From assembly GCA_041650515.1 (NCBI GenBank), contig JBAZLA010000001.1, positions 221,866-285,865 of the forward strand: a stretch of 64,000 bases of DNA, given 5' to 3'. The notes beneath the pieces are model-generated. The model saw only the letters and a list, made by a program, of their open reading frames with translations, did not search any database and had not been told where the DNA came from. Positions 1 through 9,068 of this stretch are shown here, one piece after another. The translations under genes and the position numbers were made by a program. How positions within the stretch are numbered: the stretch's first letter is position 1; each line of letters starts with the position of its first letter. Source of the stretch: Patescibacteria group bacterium. GTDB taxonomy: Bacteria; Patescibacteriota; Patescibacteriia; JACRDY01.

Positions 1-72
1 GCCGAAGATGGTTTGCGCTGGAAGAATGATCGCCGTTTTGTCTTAAAATCGCGGCCCGATTTGATTCTTTGA
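1..72 (+). CDS. 3' end of a CDS cut by the window start; product unknown
   Basis: Frame 1 is open from the window edge (…AEDGLRWKNDRRFVLKSRPDLIL) to TGA at 70-72. Confidence 0.3.
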   Translation, partial: AEDGLRWKNDRRFVLKSRPDLIL

Positions 73-427
73 GTTAGTGACATAAACTTAACCCTATTAT
101 AATGAATTGTGATAAAAAAAGATAGTTGGGCCAAACAAAAAGAAAGCCCGTTTGTAGCTTCCTTTTTGAGTGGATTTTAATTCTATTCTTCGTCCTCTTC
201 AGTGTTTAGGTCAGTGGCCGAGTCTAAATCATCATCGGCCTCTGATTTTTCCTCATCATTGATGTCTTCGTCCATAGAAGAACCATCATCCTGAGAGTCA
301 TCATCATAGCTAAAAGTCATAGGTTTAGCTTATTTTTTAATAAAATCACCGCAGTTAAGGGTGATATTTAGTAATGATAGCAGATTATTCAAATTAAGTC
401 AAGAGGTAAATGCTATTAAAATGTTAT

Positions 428-901
428 TTATAGAGTGATATCCTGGGTGGCGCAGATTGCTGTTGCCAGGGCATCAGCGGCGTCGTCGGGGCTGGGAATA
501 TTTTTTAAATTGAGCAAAATTTTGACCATTTTTTGGATCTGGCTTTTCTCGGCTCGGCCGTAGGATGTAACCGCTTGTTTAATCTGGAGCGGTGTATATT
601 CGACGATCGGGATATTAGCTTGAATGGAGGTTAATAGAATTACCCCTCTAGCCTGACCAACCATCAGGGCTGTTTTAACATTTTTGCAGAAAAAGAGTTC
701 TTCGATGGCGATTTTGTTAGGTTGATATTTTTTAATTAAGGCTTTGAGCTCTCGGTGGATTATATTTAGTCGGTCAGCGAAATTTGTCTTGGCTGGAGTT
801 TTGATAACACCAAAAGTAATTAGCGATAGTTGGTTACCTTGTTTGCTAATCAGACCGTAGCCAGTTGAGGCGACGCCGGGATCAATACCCAAGATGATCA
901 T
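428..901 (-). CDS. ruvC: Crossover junction endodeoxyribonuclease RuvC
   Basis: 157 aa; N-terminus MIILGIDPGVASTGYGLI with the RuvC catalytic Asp motif; length and conservation typical of RuvC. Confidence 0.9.
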   Translation of the reverse strand: MIILGIDPGVASTGYGLISKQGNQLSLITFGVIKTPAKTNFADRLNIIHRELKALIKKYQPNKIAIEELFFCKNVKTALMVGQARGVILLTSIQANIPIVEYTPLQIKQAVTSYGRAEKSQIQKMVKILLNLKNIPSPDDAADALATAICATQDITL

Positions 902-905
902 TGGT

Positions 906-1997
906 TTATTTGATTTTATTTAACTTGCCAGAAGCAAAGATAAACTCGTAGTCACCAGCCGGGCAGTTAGCCGCCGTGTTTTTAATCTGGTATTTTAGGA
1001 TACTATTATCTAAGTAGGTGACAATAATGTCGTCGATTGGTTCGATATTTATTTTAGTTGTTGTGGGGTCGACGGCTGTACAAGGCAGAGGGACGTTGGC
1101 GGTTTTGTTTTGATTGAAGAAGGTGAAATAACCAGGTTCTTCTCCCATCAGATCCCAGGTAGATTGGCTGACCACAGTGTTCTCGTCGGCCGAGAAGGTG
1201 ATGGTTGGGTTACAACCGCCAGTGATTATGGTCTTACCAGTGGTAGATGATACTAGCCCAGCGCCGCAACCTTCGAAGACGCTGTTGTTATAGGCGAGAT
1301 AATTTTTTTTAGGGCTGAAAACCAGCTTTTGTTTTTTACCGTCGGTGGTTAAGACCGAAAAAACCTCAGCATTAAGAGCTAAAACTTTATTACCTTCGGC
1401 GTTACGGCCACGAAAGGATAGTCTTTTAAAAGTGATGGTGCCCTTAGTTTGATTGTTATAAATACCGTCTTGATAAACATCAATAATATCTTTTTCTGAG
1501 AGGCATTTATCAAATGGACTATTGAGATTATATTTTTTATTGATCGTCGGACATTGGTCAGATTCTACAAGTTTTGACCAGTAGACCTTGTTGACATCTT
1601 TTTGGTAGATAGCGACGACGTTCTGGCTGTAGGTTATTTTATAAGTATTGGGTGCGGTTTCTCCCGAGGCGGCTTCTTGGTAAGGCTCAACTTTGGTAAT
1701 TTCGCCCCAGTCTTTAGGTTTGGGGATTGATTTTTCATCCAGCATAATAAACTCGGTCTTTGGTTCGGGGACGGCGGCGGGTGTGTTTTCAAGAGTGGCT
1801 ATTTGTTTTTCGAGTTTGCTAACTATTTGTTGATAGCTACTTTTAACCGTATTGATGTTTTCTCGTTTGGTATTGTCTTGTAAGTTAAAGTATTGAACTA
1901 AACAGTAGGCTCCGCCGCCGATGATCAGCGCTGTGGCACTGGCGGTTATAACCATTAACCAAGTCTTGGTTATTTTGGATTTGGCTTTCCTGGGCAT
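906..1997 (-). CDS. Hypothetical membrane-anchored extracellular protein
   Basis: 363 aa ORF with a basic N-terminus followed by one TM helix (WLMVITASATALIIGGGAY); remainder hydrophilic with several Cys; no family recognised. Confidence 0.65.
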   Translation of the reverse strand: MPRKAKSKITKTWLMVITASATALIIGGGAYCLVQYFNLQDNTKRENINTVKSSYQQIVSKLEKQIATLENTPAAVPEPKTEFIMLDEKSIPKPKDWGEITKVEPYQEAASGETAPNTYKITYSQNVVAIYQKDVNKVYWSKLVESDQCPTINKKYNLNSPFDKCLSEKDIIDVYQDGIYNNQTKGTITFKRLSFRGRNAEGNKVLALNAEVFSVLTTDGKKQKLVFSPKKNYLAYNNSVFEGCGAGLVSSTTGKTIITGGCNPTITFSADENTVVSQSTWDLMGEEPGYFTFFNQNKTANVPLPCTAVDPTTTKINIEPIDDIIVTYLDNSILKYQIKNTAANCPAGDYEFIFASGKLNKIK

Positions 1998-2024
1998 TTT
2001 GTTTATATTTTTTAAATTTAGTTA

Positions 2025-2750
2025 TCAGACCGCCATGTTGCTCCAGAAGTTTTGGACATCTTCGTTATCATCCAAATCTTCATAGATTTTTTCTAACGCT
2101 GGCCGCAGTTTATCGTCGACGGATAGCGTTTCTTTAGCCTTATAGCCAATCTCGCTGTCCATAATAGTTAGTCGATTGTTCTCCAGCTCCGCCTTAACTT
2201 TTTGAACCTCAGTTGGTTTGGTATAAACCCAAATAGTGTCGTCATCGAGCCATTCAAAGTCTTCGGCGCCAGCGTCAATCGTTATTAATTCAGTTTCCTC
2301 TTTGTTTTTATCAGTTGGTTTGGTGGCTTTTATTCCACCAACCTTATCGAACATCCAAGAAACACTATTGGTGTTGCCTAGGTTGCCGTTATTCTCAGAA
2401 AAAATATGTTTAATTTCGGAAGCGGCGCGGTTACGATTATCAGTAACCACATCAACAATAAAAGCGCTGCCGCTTGGACCAAAACATTCATAAGTTAGCT
2501 CTTCTAGCGCTTGCCCAGCTAATTCGCCAGTGCCGCGTTTGATCGCCTTTTCAATATTATCCTTGGGCATATTGACCGCCCGCGCCTGATCCATAGCGAG
2601 CCGGAGTTTAAAATTCATATCAGGATTGCCGCCGCCTTCTTTGGCCGCTAAGGTAACTACTTTAGCTAGGCGGGCAAAGGTGTTGGCCTTTTTGGCATCA
2701 GTTGCGCCTTTTTGGCGTTTGATTTGGGCCCATTTACTATGTCCAGACAT
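2025..2750 (-). CDS. YebC/PmpR-family probable transcriptional regulatory protein
   Basis: 241 aa; N-terminus MSGHSKWAQIKRQKGATDAKKANTFARLAKVVTLAAKEGGGNP is the YebC family signature. Confidence 0.9.
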   Translation of the reverse strand: MSGHSKWAQIKRQKGATDAKKANTFARLAKVVTLAAKEGGGNPDMNFKLRLAMDQARAVNMPKDNIEKAIKRGTGELAGQALEELTYECFGPSGSAFIVDVVTDNRNRAASEIKHIFSENNGNLGNTNSVSWMFDKVGGIKATKPTDKNKEETELITIDAGAEDFEWLDDDTIWVYTKPTEVQKVKAELENNRLTIMDSEIGYKAKETLSVDDKLRPALEKIYEDLDDNEDVQNFWSNMAV

Positions 2751-2858
2751 AAATTGATTTGAAAGTTAAAATTCGAGTTTTTATATTTGTTATCTAATTT
2801 TAGCAGAAGCAGGACCAAAAATCAATTTATTAATTATCCTTTACTTTTATTTATAAAG

Positions 2859-3320
2859 ATGTTAGTTTCTAGGCACACATTTTTTCAGGAGGGCGCCGTT
2901 TTGGCAAAAAAAAGAGTTTTCAGCAAAGAGTCGGCAGCAGCATTCGGCGCTGCTTCCCAGGCAGTTTATCTATGCCTGGCGGATGCCAAGGGTCTGGTTT
3001 TTATCTCGGGTCAATTACCGATTCACCCCGAGACCGGCCAGATTCCCGATGGGATCAAAGCTCAGACTGAGCGGGCCTTGTGCAACGTCGAAGCCGTGCT
3101 CCGCGCTGCAGGCACGAACTTCTCCCGGGTGATGGAAATCACCGTGTTCCTGGCCAGTCTCCAGCTGGTTGAGGAATTTGAGGAAGTTTATCGAAGTTTC
3201 CTGGCTGGTTGGGGTGTTGATGGGGAGCGCGTTGCTTTCCCAGCTCGAACCATGGTCAAGGGCCTGCCCGCCGACGACCGGGCGCTGCTGATGATCAAAG
3301 CCACTGCTTACGTCAAGTAA
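2859..3320 (+). CDS. RidA/YjgF/L-PSP family reactive-intermediate deaminase
   Basis: RidA-like core (VFISGQLPIHPETGQIPDGIKAQTERALCNVEAVLRAAGTNFSRVMEITVFL). Start moved to the internal ATG at 2859. The gene is markedly GC-richer than its flanks. Confidence 0.75.
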   Translation: MLVSRHTFFQEGAVLAKKRVFSKESAAAFGAASQAVYLCLADAKGLVFISGQLPIHPETGQIPDGIKAQTERALCNVEAVLRAAGTNFSRVMEITVFLASLQLVEEFEEVYRSFLAGWGVDGERVAFPARTMVKGLPADDRALLMIKATAYVK

Positions 3321-3337
3321 GCGTTATTTTTCTCTCT

Positions 3338-3364
3338 AGACGAGCCCGGTCTCGTCTTTTTTCT
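3338..3364 (+). terminator. Rho-independent terminator (hairpin AGACGAG-CCCGGT-CTCGTCT followed by a T-run)
   Basis: Perfect 7-bp GC-rich stem followed by TTTTTTT, immediately after the RidA stop. Confidence 0.6.
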
Positions 3365-3435
3365 TTACAATTATTTTGGGGTATGTTAGGGTTGAAATTG
3401 GTTGAAGTTAGGTACTAAAAATAATCCCAAGCTTC

Positions 3436-4626
3436 ATGCTAGAAACAAAAATCAAAAAAGGACTAGTGAATTTTAATTCGCAGTCTCTCAAGAGCAAGAT
3501 TGTTAAGATTAGTAAGTTGTCTTTACCTGATTTTGTCACTCACCGGCCAGATTTAAATCAATTACAGCAGATTGCTCGTCGTTATAATCGTTTTTCTAAG
3601 ATAGTTTTGATTGCCAACGGCGGTTCGCGTAATACCGCCTTGGCTTTTTACCAAAGTTTAGCTCTGGAGCGAAACAGTAAGGAGCTATTTTTTGTTTCCT
3701 CGGGCCAGCCAGACTATTTAACTGCGGTCAAAAAACAATGCCCGCCACGTCAGACTCTAGTTTTAGTTATCTCAGAGTCGGGGACCAATATTAACAACAT
3801 TGAGCCCTATTTGGCTTTTATTAATTATCCTACTCTGGTGATTACTGAAAACTCCAAGGGGGTTATTTATCAGATTGCCCAGAAGCGTCATTTACAAATT
3901 GTTAAACATCCAGTGATGTCCGGGCGGTTCTCGGGTCGGACAAGCTGCGCTTTGTTGCCGGCGGCTTTGACGGGTTTAGATATTAAGAAAATCAATCAAG
4001 GAGCGGTGAGCGGTTATAAAAAACATCAACGTTCAGCTCTTGGATTGGCTAGCTATCTATATCTGTTATATCAAAAGCAGTATCAAGAAATCTTTGTCTC
4101 CGTTTATTCTAGTTATATTACTGGTTTTTTGCCGTTGTTGGTTCAGCTGATCCATGAAAGCACGGGCAAGGCTGGTAGGGGTTTTACTATCTTTGGTGAT
4201 GGTGCGCCCGAATCTCACCATCATACCAACCAACGTTTTTTTGGCGGCCAGCAGAATGTGATTGGGTTGTTTATTCTGCAGGACGATTATTTATCAGGTG
4301 ATAATCTAAAAATTAAAGTGCCAACGGATTTTAAAAAAATTGATTATCGAGGTGGTAAACTAGGTGATCTAAATGGTTTATTTTATAAGAAGGGTTTGCT
4401 GTTTGATTTTCTGGGTGTTCAGGCCCACGCTGATAAGAAAAATTTGCCTTACGCTATTATTAGAATCAAAAAATGGGATGAGCAGACTGCCGGTGAGTTT
4501 TTGGCTTTTATCCAATTGGTGACTTATTATCTGTGTTTATTGCTGGGAGTTAATCCTTTTGACCAGCCAGAAGTAGAATATGCTAAACAAGTCGGTTGGG
4601 AACTAAGAAAACGCTATGGTCGATAA
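3436..4626 (+). CDS. SIS-domain sugar-phosphate isomerase, glucose-6-phosphate isomerase-like
   Basis: 396 aa; IANGGSRNTALAFYQ and VLVISESGTNIN resemble the PGI GGS and SxSGTT motifs; adjacent to a cupin mannose-6-phosphate isomerase gene. Confidence 0.55.
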   Translation: MLETKIKKGLVNFNSQSLKSKIVKISKLSLPDFVTHRPDLNQLQQIARRYNRFSKIVLIANGGSRNTALAFYQSLALERNSKELFFVSSGQPDYLTAVKKQCPPRQTLVLVISESGTNINNIEPYLAFINYPTLVITENSKGVIYQIAQKRHLQIVKHPVMSGRFSGRTSCALLPAALTGLDIKKINQGAVSGYKKHQRSALGLASYLYLLYQKQYQEIFVSVYSSYITGFLPLLVQLIHESTGKAGRGFTIFGDGAPESHHHTNQRFFGGQQNVIGLFILQDDYLSGDNLKIKVPTDFKKIDYRGGKLGDLNGLFYKKGLLFDFLGVQAHADKKNLPYAIIRIKKWDEQTAGEFLAFIQLVTYYLCLLLGVNPFDQPEVEYAKQVGWELRKRYGR

Positions 4627-4978
4627 TGGTTTAAAAAATTATTTGCACGTTGAGAAGCCCTGGGGCAGTTTTGACCAATATACTTTGAATGAGGCGACGA
4701 CAGTCAAAATTCTCACTATTAAGACTGGCCAGCGATTAAGTTTGCAGTCGCACACTCAGCGGACGGAATTGTGGATTGCCCTTGATGTCGGTTTGGTAGT
4801 GATGGTTAACGACCAAGAGATTAAACTCCAAGTTGGTGAAAAAATTTTTATTCCAGTCGGTAGCAGCCATCGAGCCACTTTTCTGGGTCAGGGGCAGGGC
4901 CGCATTTTAGAAATTAGTTTTGGTCATTTTGATGAAATGGATATTACTCGTTATCAAGACGATTATCAACGTAACTAG
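4616..4978 (+). CDS. Cupin-type mannose-6-phosphate isomerase (ManC C-terminal-like cupin)
   Basis: 120 aa; HVEKPWGSFDQYTLNE…GQRLSLQSHTQRTELWIALDVG…GSSHRATF matches the type II PMI cupin signature. Confidence 0.75.
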   Translation: MVDNGLKNYLHVEKPWGSFDQYTLNEATTVKILTIKTGQRLSLQSHTQRTELWIALDVGLVVMVNDQEIKLQVGEKIFIPVGSSHRATFLGQGQGRILEISFGHFDEMDITRYQDDYQRN

Positions 4979-4990
4979 ACTTTTTTTGAA

Positions 4991-5047
4991 AATCCACTAA
5001 GTTGATTCTCCCACCCATGCTTGGGGAGAAAATTAGTGGATTTTTAT
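4991..5047 (+). terminator. Long composite hairpin plus T-run after the cupin gene
   Basis: AATCCACTAA…TTAGTGGATT is a perfect 10-bp outer stem with an inner TCTCCCA/GGGGAGA stem, followed by TTTTTATTT. Confidence 0.55.
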
Positions 5048-5110
5048 TTGGTGTAAATTCTCATTAGCAGTACAATATAAGTAGGTGTTGCTTACAAGGA
5101 GGGTGCCAAA

Positions 5111-5467
5111 ATGGATAGGCAGGTGGACTTCTACCGAGCGGATTCTTTCCCATTTGCCTTCTGTGATGGCAAGCGGGAACGCGGGGTTTTCCTCGCCGCG
5201 GACACTGACTACCGGATTGGTGATCTAGTGCGGATCGCTGGTGATGATTTTTCTATCACCGGCGTCGTGATTGGGCTAGGTGGCTTCAGTCAGTCGGGTG
5301 TTCTTATCAATGGCGTTTGGCTGAAGGTCAATCACTTCGCTTTGCGCCAAGCTGAGCTCGAAGCGGCTTTTGGCCCGACGCTAGCGGCTAGTCACGCCCG
5401 AATCAAGTACGGCCTGCTCTTAGTTCGTTACTTGGTTGGGCTCTGGCTAATTCGCCGTTGTCGCTAA
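5111..5467 (+). CDS. Hypothetical protein (GC-rich; paralog of the next gene)
   Basis: 118 aa; SFPFAFCDG…GVFLA block shared with the ORF at 5557-5961; strong RBS; GC content far above flanks. Confidence 0.55.
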   Translation: MDRQVDFYRADSFPFAFCDGKRERGVFLAADTDYRIGDLVRIAGDDFSITGVVIGLGGFSQSGVLINGVWLKVNHFALRQAELEAAFGPTLAASHARIKYGLLLVRYLVGLWLIRRCR

Positions 5468-5490
5468 GTCACCCGCGGGTGACTTTTTTA
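5468..5490 (+). terminator. Rho-independent terminator (GTCACCCGCGGGTGAC followed by TTTTTT)
   Basis: Perfect palindromic stem followed by a T-run directly after the stop codon. Confidence 0.65.
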
Positions 5491-5556
5491 TTTGGTTGAC
5501 ATTCTTTAATACTAGTAGTAATTTAAGGTATTAATCTTCACATAGGAGGATGAAGA

Positions 5557-5961
5557 ATGCCGGATGCTGGTTGGGAACAAACGGGGATCAAAATCTGGTT
5601 AGAGGGATCGTTCCCGTTCGTGTTCGATGATGGCCAGGGGGTACAGGGTGTCTTCTTTGCCACACTGACGCCGTATTGCGGCGAAATAGGCCATGACGTT
5701 GAGGTCCATGTACCGATTCTGGTTCAGAACGTTGAACTATCGGGTGGATCGGCGTCAGTTGTCGCGGAAAGTGAGCAAGGGTTGACAGCACTTGGATCAC
5801 TGATCGTCAGCGGGGTCCTATTTGATCTCGATCATAAGACCAAAGATGGCCGACAGCTCCCCGGGATTTGGGTTGATTTAGGTGCAAACTTCCCTGAGCA
5901 CGAGCGGACTCTAGTTGCCTTCTTCGGGCCAGTCAGACATCTACGACGCGATCTCCACTAA
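5557..5961 (+). CDS. Hypothetical protein (GC-rich; paralog of 5111-5467)
   Basis: 134 aa; GSFPFVFDDGQGVQGVFFA block parallels the upstream paralog; AGGAGG RBS 8 nt upstream of the ATG. Confidence 0.55.
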   Translation: MPDAGWEQTGIKIWLEGSFPFVFDDGQGVQGVFFATLTPYCGEIGHDVEVHVPILVQNVELSGGSASVVAESEQGLTALGSLIVSGVLFDLDHKTKDGRQLPGIWVDLGANFPEHERTLVAFFGPVRHLRRDLH

Positions 5962-6010
5962 GCTCAAAACGCGCGGTGGAGTTTTTTTATTTTTCCGCTA
6001 TAATAGAGGC

Positions 6011-7654
6011 ATGAAAATGATCCATAAGATTGAGAATTTTTTTGAGGAAAGCCATTATATTTGGTATTTTTTTATTTTTATTTTAGCTTTTTTTGTTTTT
6101 GGTTTTTTACAGTCGGCGCCCAGGTTTATGGATCCCGACTCGTTCTATCATGCCAAGATGGCAGTGCTATTGCGCGACCAGGGAGTAGTAACCAATTTCC
6201 CGTGGTTACCCTGGACAGTTCTAAATGATTATTATATTGACCAGCATTTTTTGTATCATGTTTTTTTGTTGCCCTTTGTCACTGTTCTCAACCCGTTGGT
6301 TGGTATTAAGTTGGCCACGGCGGTTTTTGCTGCTTTATTTTTGGTAACTTTCTACTGGTTTTTAAAGAAAAATCAAGTTAATTGGGCTTTGATTTTTACT
6401 TTATTTTTGTTTCTGACTAAGCCGTTGGTTTTTCGAATTAATCTAGCTAAGGTGCCGGCTTTGTCGCTGATTTTTCTCTTAATCGGGTTTTATTTTATTG
6501 TTCATAAACGCTATTGGTTCCTTTTTTTGTTTTCCTTTTTTTATGTTTATCTTTATGGCGGTTGGCCACTGATTTTGGTAGTTTTATTCTTTTACCTTTT
6601 GGTTTCGGTGGTGGCTGACTACTTGGCTGGCCGCCAGGAGCATCGACGGCAATTAGACAGTCACTATTATTTATTAATGATCAAGAAACCCTTGTTTGAT
6701 TTTTACCTGCTTTTGTCAGTTATCTTTAATCGCGCTTACCTCAAGTTAGTGGGTTCTTGCTTATCGGGTTTAGCCGTTGGTCTTATCTTTAATCCTTATT
6801 TTCCCAAAAATTTTAGGTTTTATTGGTACCAGTTGGTCCAGATCGGTGTTATTAATTTTCGCGATAAGGTTCGGGTGGGGATGGAGTGGCTACCCTATAG
6901 CTTTCAGTCGCTTTTGCTTGATAATTGTTTATTACTAATTTTATTATTAGTAGCGATGGCTCTTTTTGTTATTAATATCAAGAAACAAAGCCGTTTAGTT
7001 TGGGTGTCTTTTTTGTTGTCGCTATTTTTTCTGATTATTACTTTTAAGTCGCAACGCTATATTGAATACTTTATTCCTTTTGCTGTTATTTATTGTGCTT
7101 TGGTTGTTAGCCCGTATTTGTCCTCGCACCGGTTAAGACAGTATTCTAACTGGTGGCAGAATCTTGGTGCCAAAAAAACCGCTCTAGCTGTCAGTTTGGG
7201 TATATTTTGGTTTATGGCTATTGTGATGCTGGCGAGTAAAGACTTAGGTAACGTTTGGTATCTCTATCAAAATAGCGGCATTCCACTAAGAACGATGGAA
7301 CAAAGTAGCCAGTGGTTAGCTAATAATGTTTCACCGGGGGAAATAATTTTTCATAGTGATTGGGATGAGTTTCCACTTCTCTTTTATTACAATAGCAATA
7401 ATAATTATATCGCCGGCCTAGATCCGACTTTTATGTATAGCGCCGACCCGAAGCTCTATAAACTATTTGAAGCTATCACCGTTGGTAATTTAAAAACTGG
7501 TTTAGCAACCATAATCCAAAATGATTTTAAAGCTAGTTATGTTTTAGTTAATAAGACCGACCACCAAAGTTTAAAAATGACTTTTGAGTCGGCTAATCAT
7601 TTTGAACCGATGTATGAAGATGATGAAGCCAAAATTTATCAGATCAGTCTTTGA
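6011..7654 (+). CDS. Polytopic integral membrane protein, GT-C-fold glycosyltransferase-like (PMT/ArnT-like); speculative
   Basis: More than 10 predicted TM helices plus a C-terminal soluble domain. Start moved to the internal ATG at 6011 (MKMIHKIENFF). First of four consecutive large membrane proteins. Confidence 0.6.
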   Translation: MKMIHKIENFFEESHYIWYFFIFILAFFVFGFLQSAPRFMDPDSFYHAKMAVLLRDQGVVTNFPWLPWTVLNDYYIDQHFLYHVFLLPFVTVLNPLVGIKLATAVFAALFLVTFYWFLKKNQVNWALIFTLFLFLTKPLVFRINLAKVPALSLIFLLIGFYFIVHKRYWFLFLFSFFYVYLYGGWPLILVVLFFYLLVSVVADYLAGRQEHRRQLDSHYYLLMIKKPLFDFYLLLSVIFNRAYLKLVGSCLSGLAVGLIFNPYFPKNFRFYWYQLVQIGVINFRDKVRVGMEWLPYSFQSLLLDNCLLLILLLVAMALFVINIKKQSRLVWVSFLLSLFFLIITFKSQRYIEYFIPFAVIYCALVVSPYLSSHRLRQYSNWWQNLGAKKTALAVSLGIFWFMAIVMLASKDLGNVWYLYQNSGIPLRTMEQSSQWLANNVSPGEIIFHSDWDEFPLLFYYNSNNNYIAGLDPTFMYSADPKLYKLFEAITVGNLKTGLATIIQNDFKASYVLVNKTDHQSLKMTFESANHFEPMYEDDEAKIYQISL

Positions 7655-9068
7655 TAAATTAGTTCAACCTAGTTCTCGGCTGTTTTTATGGGGGCTGGTT
7701 TTAGCTGTTTTATATTTCTCATTTTATTTGGTCAAAATTGTTTTATTAAAGAACGACCAAAATAATTATCCGCCGAATAGTAGCTGGGCGGTGGCGGTTT
7801 TTGCCGGGTTGGTTGTTGTTTTATTAATAGTTTATTATTGGTCATCCAGAGTATTTTTGGAATATCCGAAACTGAAGCTGATTTTGTTTTTTTCAGCAGT
7901 GTTTAGCGTAATTCTGCTGTTTATCCAACCCTTTTGTTCGGCTGATCTTTTTCACTACATTTTATACCCCAAGATCGTCTTAGTTTATCACCATAACCCT
8001 TATATTACGCCATTGATTGACTACTCTGGAGATATTCTGTTTCGGCTCGGTAGTCCGATTAAGATGTGGCTTAATAGTCCCTTAGTTTATGGTCCAGTTT
8101 GGTTGCTGCTGTCGATAGTCTTCACTTTCTGGTCTCTGAGTAGTGTTGGTTTGGCCCTGTTTAGTTTTAAACTAATGGCCACCATTTTCTTTTTTGGGTG
8201 TTTATTATTGGTTTATAAAATATTAGATCATATTGGTAGTCGGAATAAAAATTTGGCCGTGGCCTTATTTGCTTGGTCGCCGTTGATTTTAATTGAGTCG
8301 GTTAACAATGGCCATAATGATATCGTGATGCTTTTTTTCTTGTTGCTGGCGTTCTTTTGTTTAGTCAAAGAAAAGTATTTTTGGGTGTTGCCTATTATAA
8401 TATTGTCTATCCTCATTAAGTATGTCCCGATTATTTTGGCACCGTTTATATTTTTATATTTATGGCGTCGTTGTCAGCGTGACCAGAAGCGGATACTAAT
8501 TTGGTCAGTATTCTTTTCTTTATCACTGTTTGTTTTGTTTTATTTACCATTCTGGCATGGCTGGTCGACGCTCCATGGTGCCATCTTTATGTCAGTTGAG
8601 TACAATCTGAAGGGCTTATCAATCTTGGGCTATATTATTCAGCCATTTTATGAATGGTTAAAAATGGACTTATTCTTCTCAGGGTTGGGTCCGCTAGGTT
8701 TTATTAGTTTAATTTGTCGTTTGGTTTTTGCTTATTTTTACTTCTATTTGCTCTTTAAAGTTCGTCCAAATAATATTAATGATTTATTAAAGCTTTGTTG
8801 CTGGGTCGTTGGCTTGGTTTTTTTGACTATCACTTTTTATTTACAGCCATGGTATTTTGTCGTACCATTAGGTCTGATGGTCTTAGTTGACTCTTGGCCC
8901 AAACGCTGGTTTATCTTGATTAATCTGTTTGCTTTCCTGATTTATTTTTTCTTTGTCTTCGAACTATTCTTTGTTTTTTGTCTGTTTTTTGTCTTAGATC
9001 TTTATTTTAATTGGTTTTTAATCAAAGAAATTAGACGAATAAAAAATGTTATCCTGGTTAAAAAATAA
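7584..9068 (+). CDS. Polytopic integral membrane protein, GT-C-like; start uncertain (7584/7614/7623)
   Basis: 494 aa; very hydrophobic multi-TM protein; overlaps the upstream gene end by 41-70 nt depending on start. Confidence 0.6.
   Translation: MSRLIILNRCMKMMKPKFIRSVFDKLVQPSSRLFLWGLVLAVLYFSFYLVKIVLLKNDQNNYPPNSSWAVAVFAGLVVVLLIVYYWSSRVFLEYPKLKLILFFSAVFSVILLFIQPFCSADLFHYILYPKIVLVYHHNPYITPLIDYSGDILFRLGSPIKMWLNSPLVYGPVWLLLSIVFTFWSLSSVGLALFSFKLMATIFFFGCLLLVYKILDHIGSRNKNLAVALFAWSPLILIESVNNGHNDIVMLFFLLLAFFCLVKEKYFWVLPIIILSILIKYVPIILAPFIFLYLWRRCQRDQKRILIWSVFFSLSLFVLFYLPFWHGWSTLHGAIFMSVEYNLKGLSILGYIIQPFYEWLKMDLFFSGLGPLGFISLICRLVFAYFYFYLLFKVRPNNINDLLKLCCWVVGLVFLTITFYLQPWYFVVPLGLMVLVDSWPKRWFILINLFAFLIYFFFVFELFFVFCLFFVLDLYFNWFLIKEIRRIKNVILVKK

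Noticed and set aside
2236-2493. 85-aa + ORF (Ser-rich) and similar small ORFs (8228-8416, 10020-10241, 12050-12247, 21340-21672, 22890-23099, 26073-26282, 27982-28173, 30373-30588, 30742-30936, 31300-31485, 32243-32428, 33396-33605, 36631-36828, 38387-38590, 43121-43333, 44162-44476, 44912-45193, 46363-46632, 48134-48503, 48770-49297, 50889-51089, 51157-51390, 51366-51563, 55480-55761, 58560-58769, 60734-60955, 61490-61684, 62621-62887, 62925-63143, 14340-14570, 13950-14195, 24918-25118, 5588-5800)
   Set aside because: Each lies antisense to or out of frame within a longer, well-supported gene, or spans an intergenic terminator, and none has independent coding signals.
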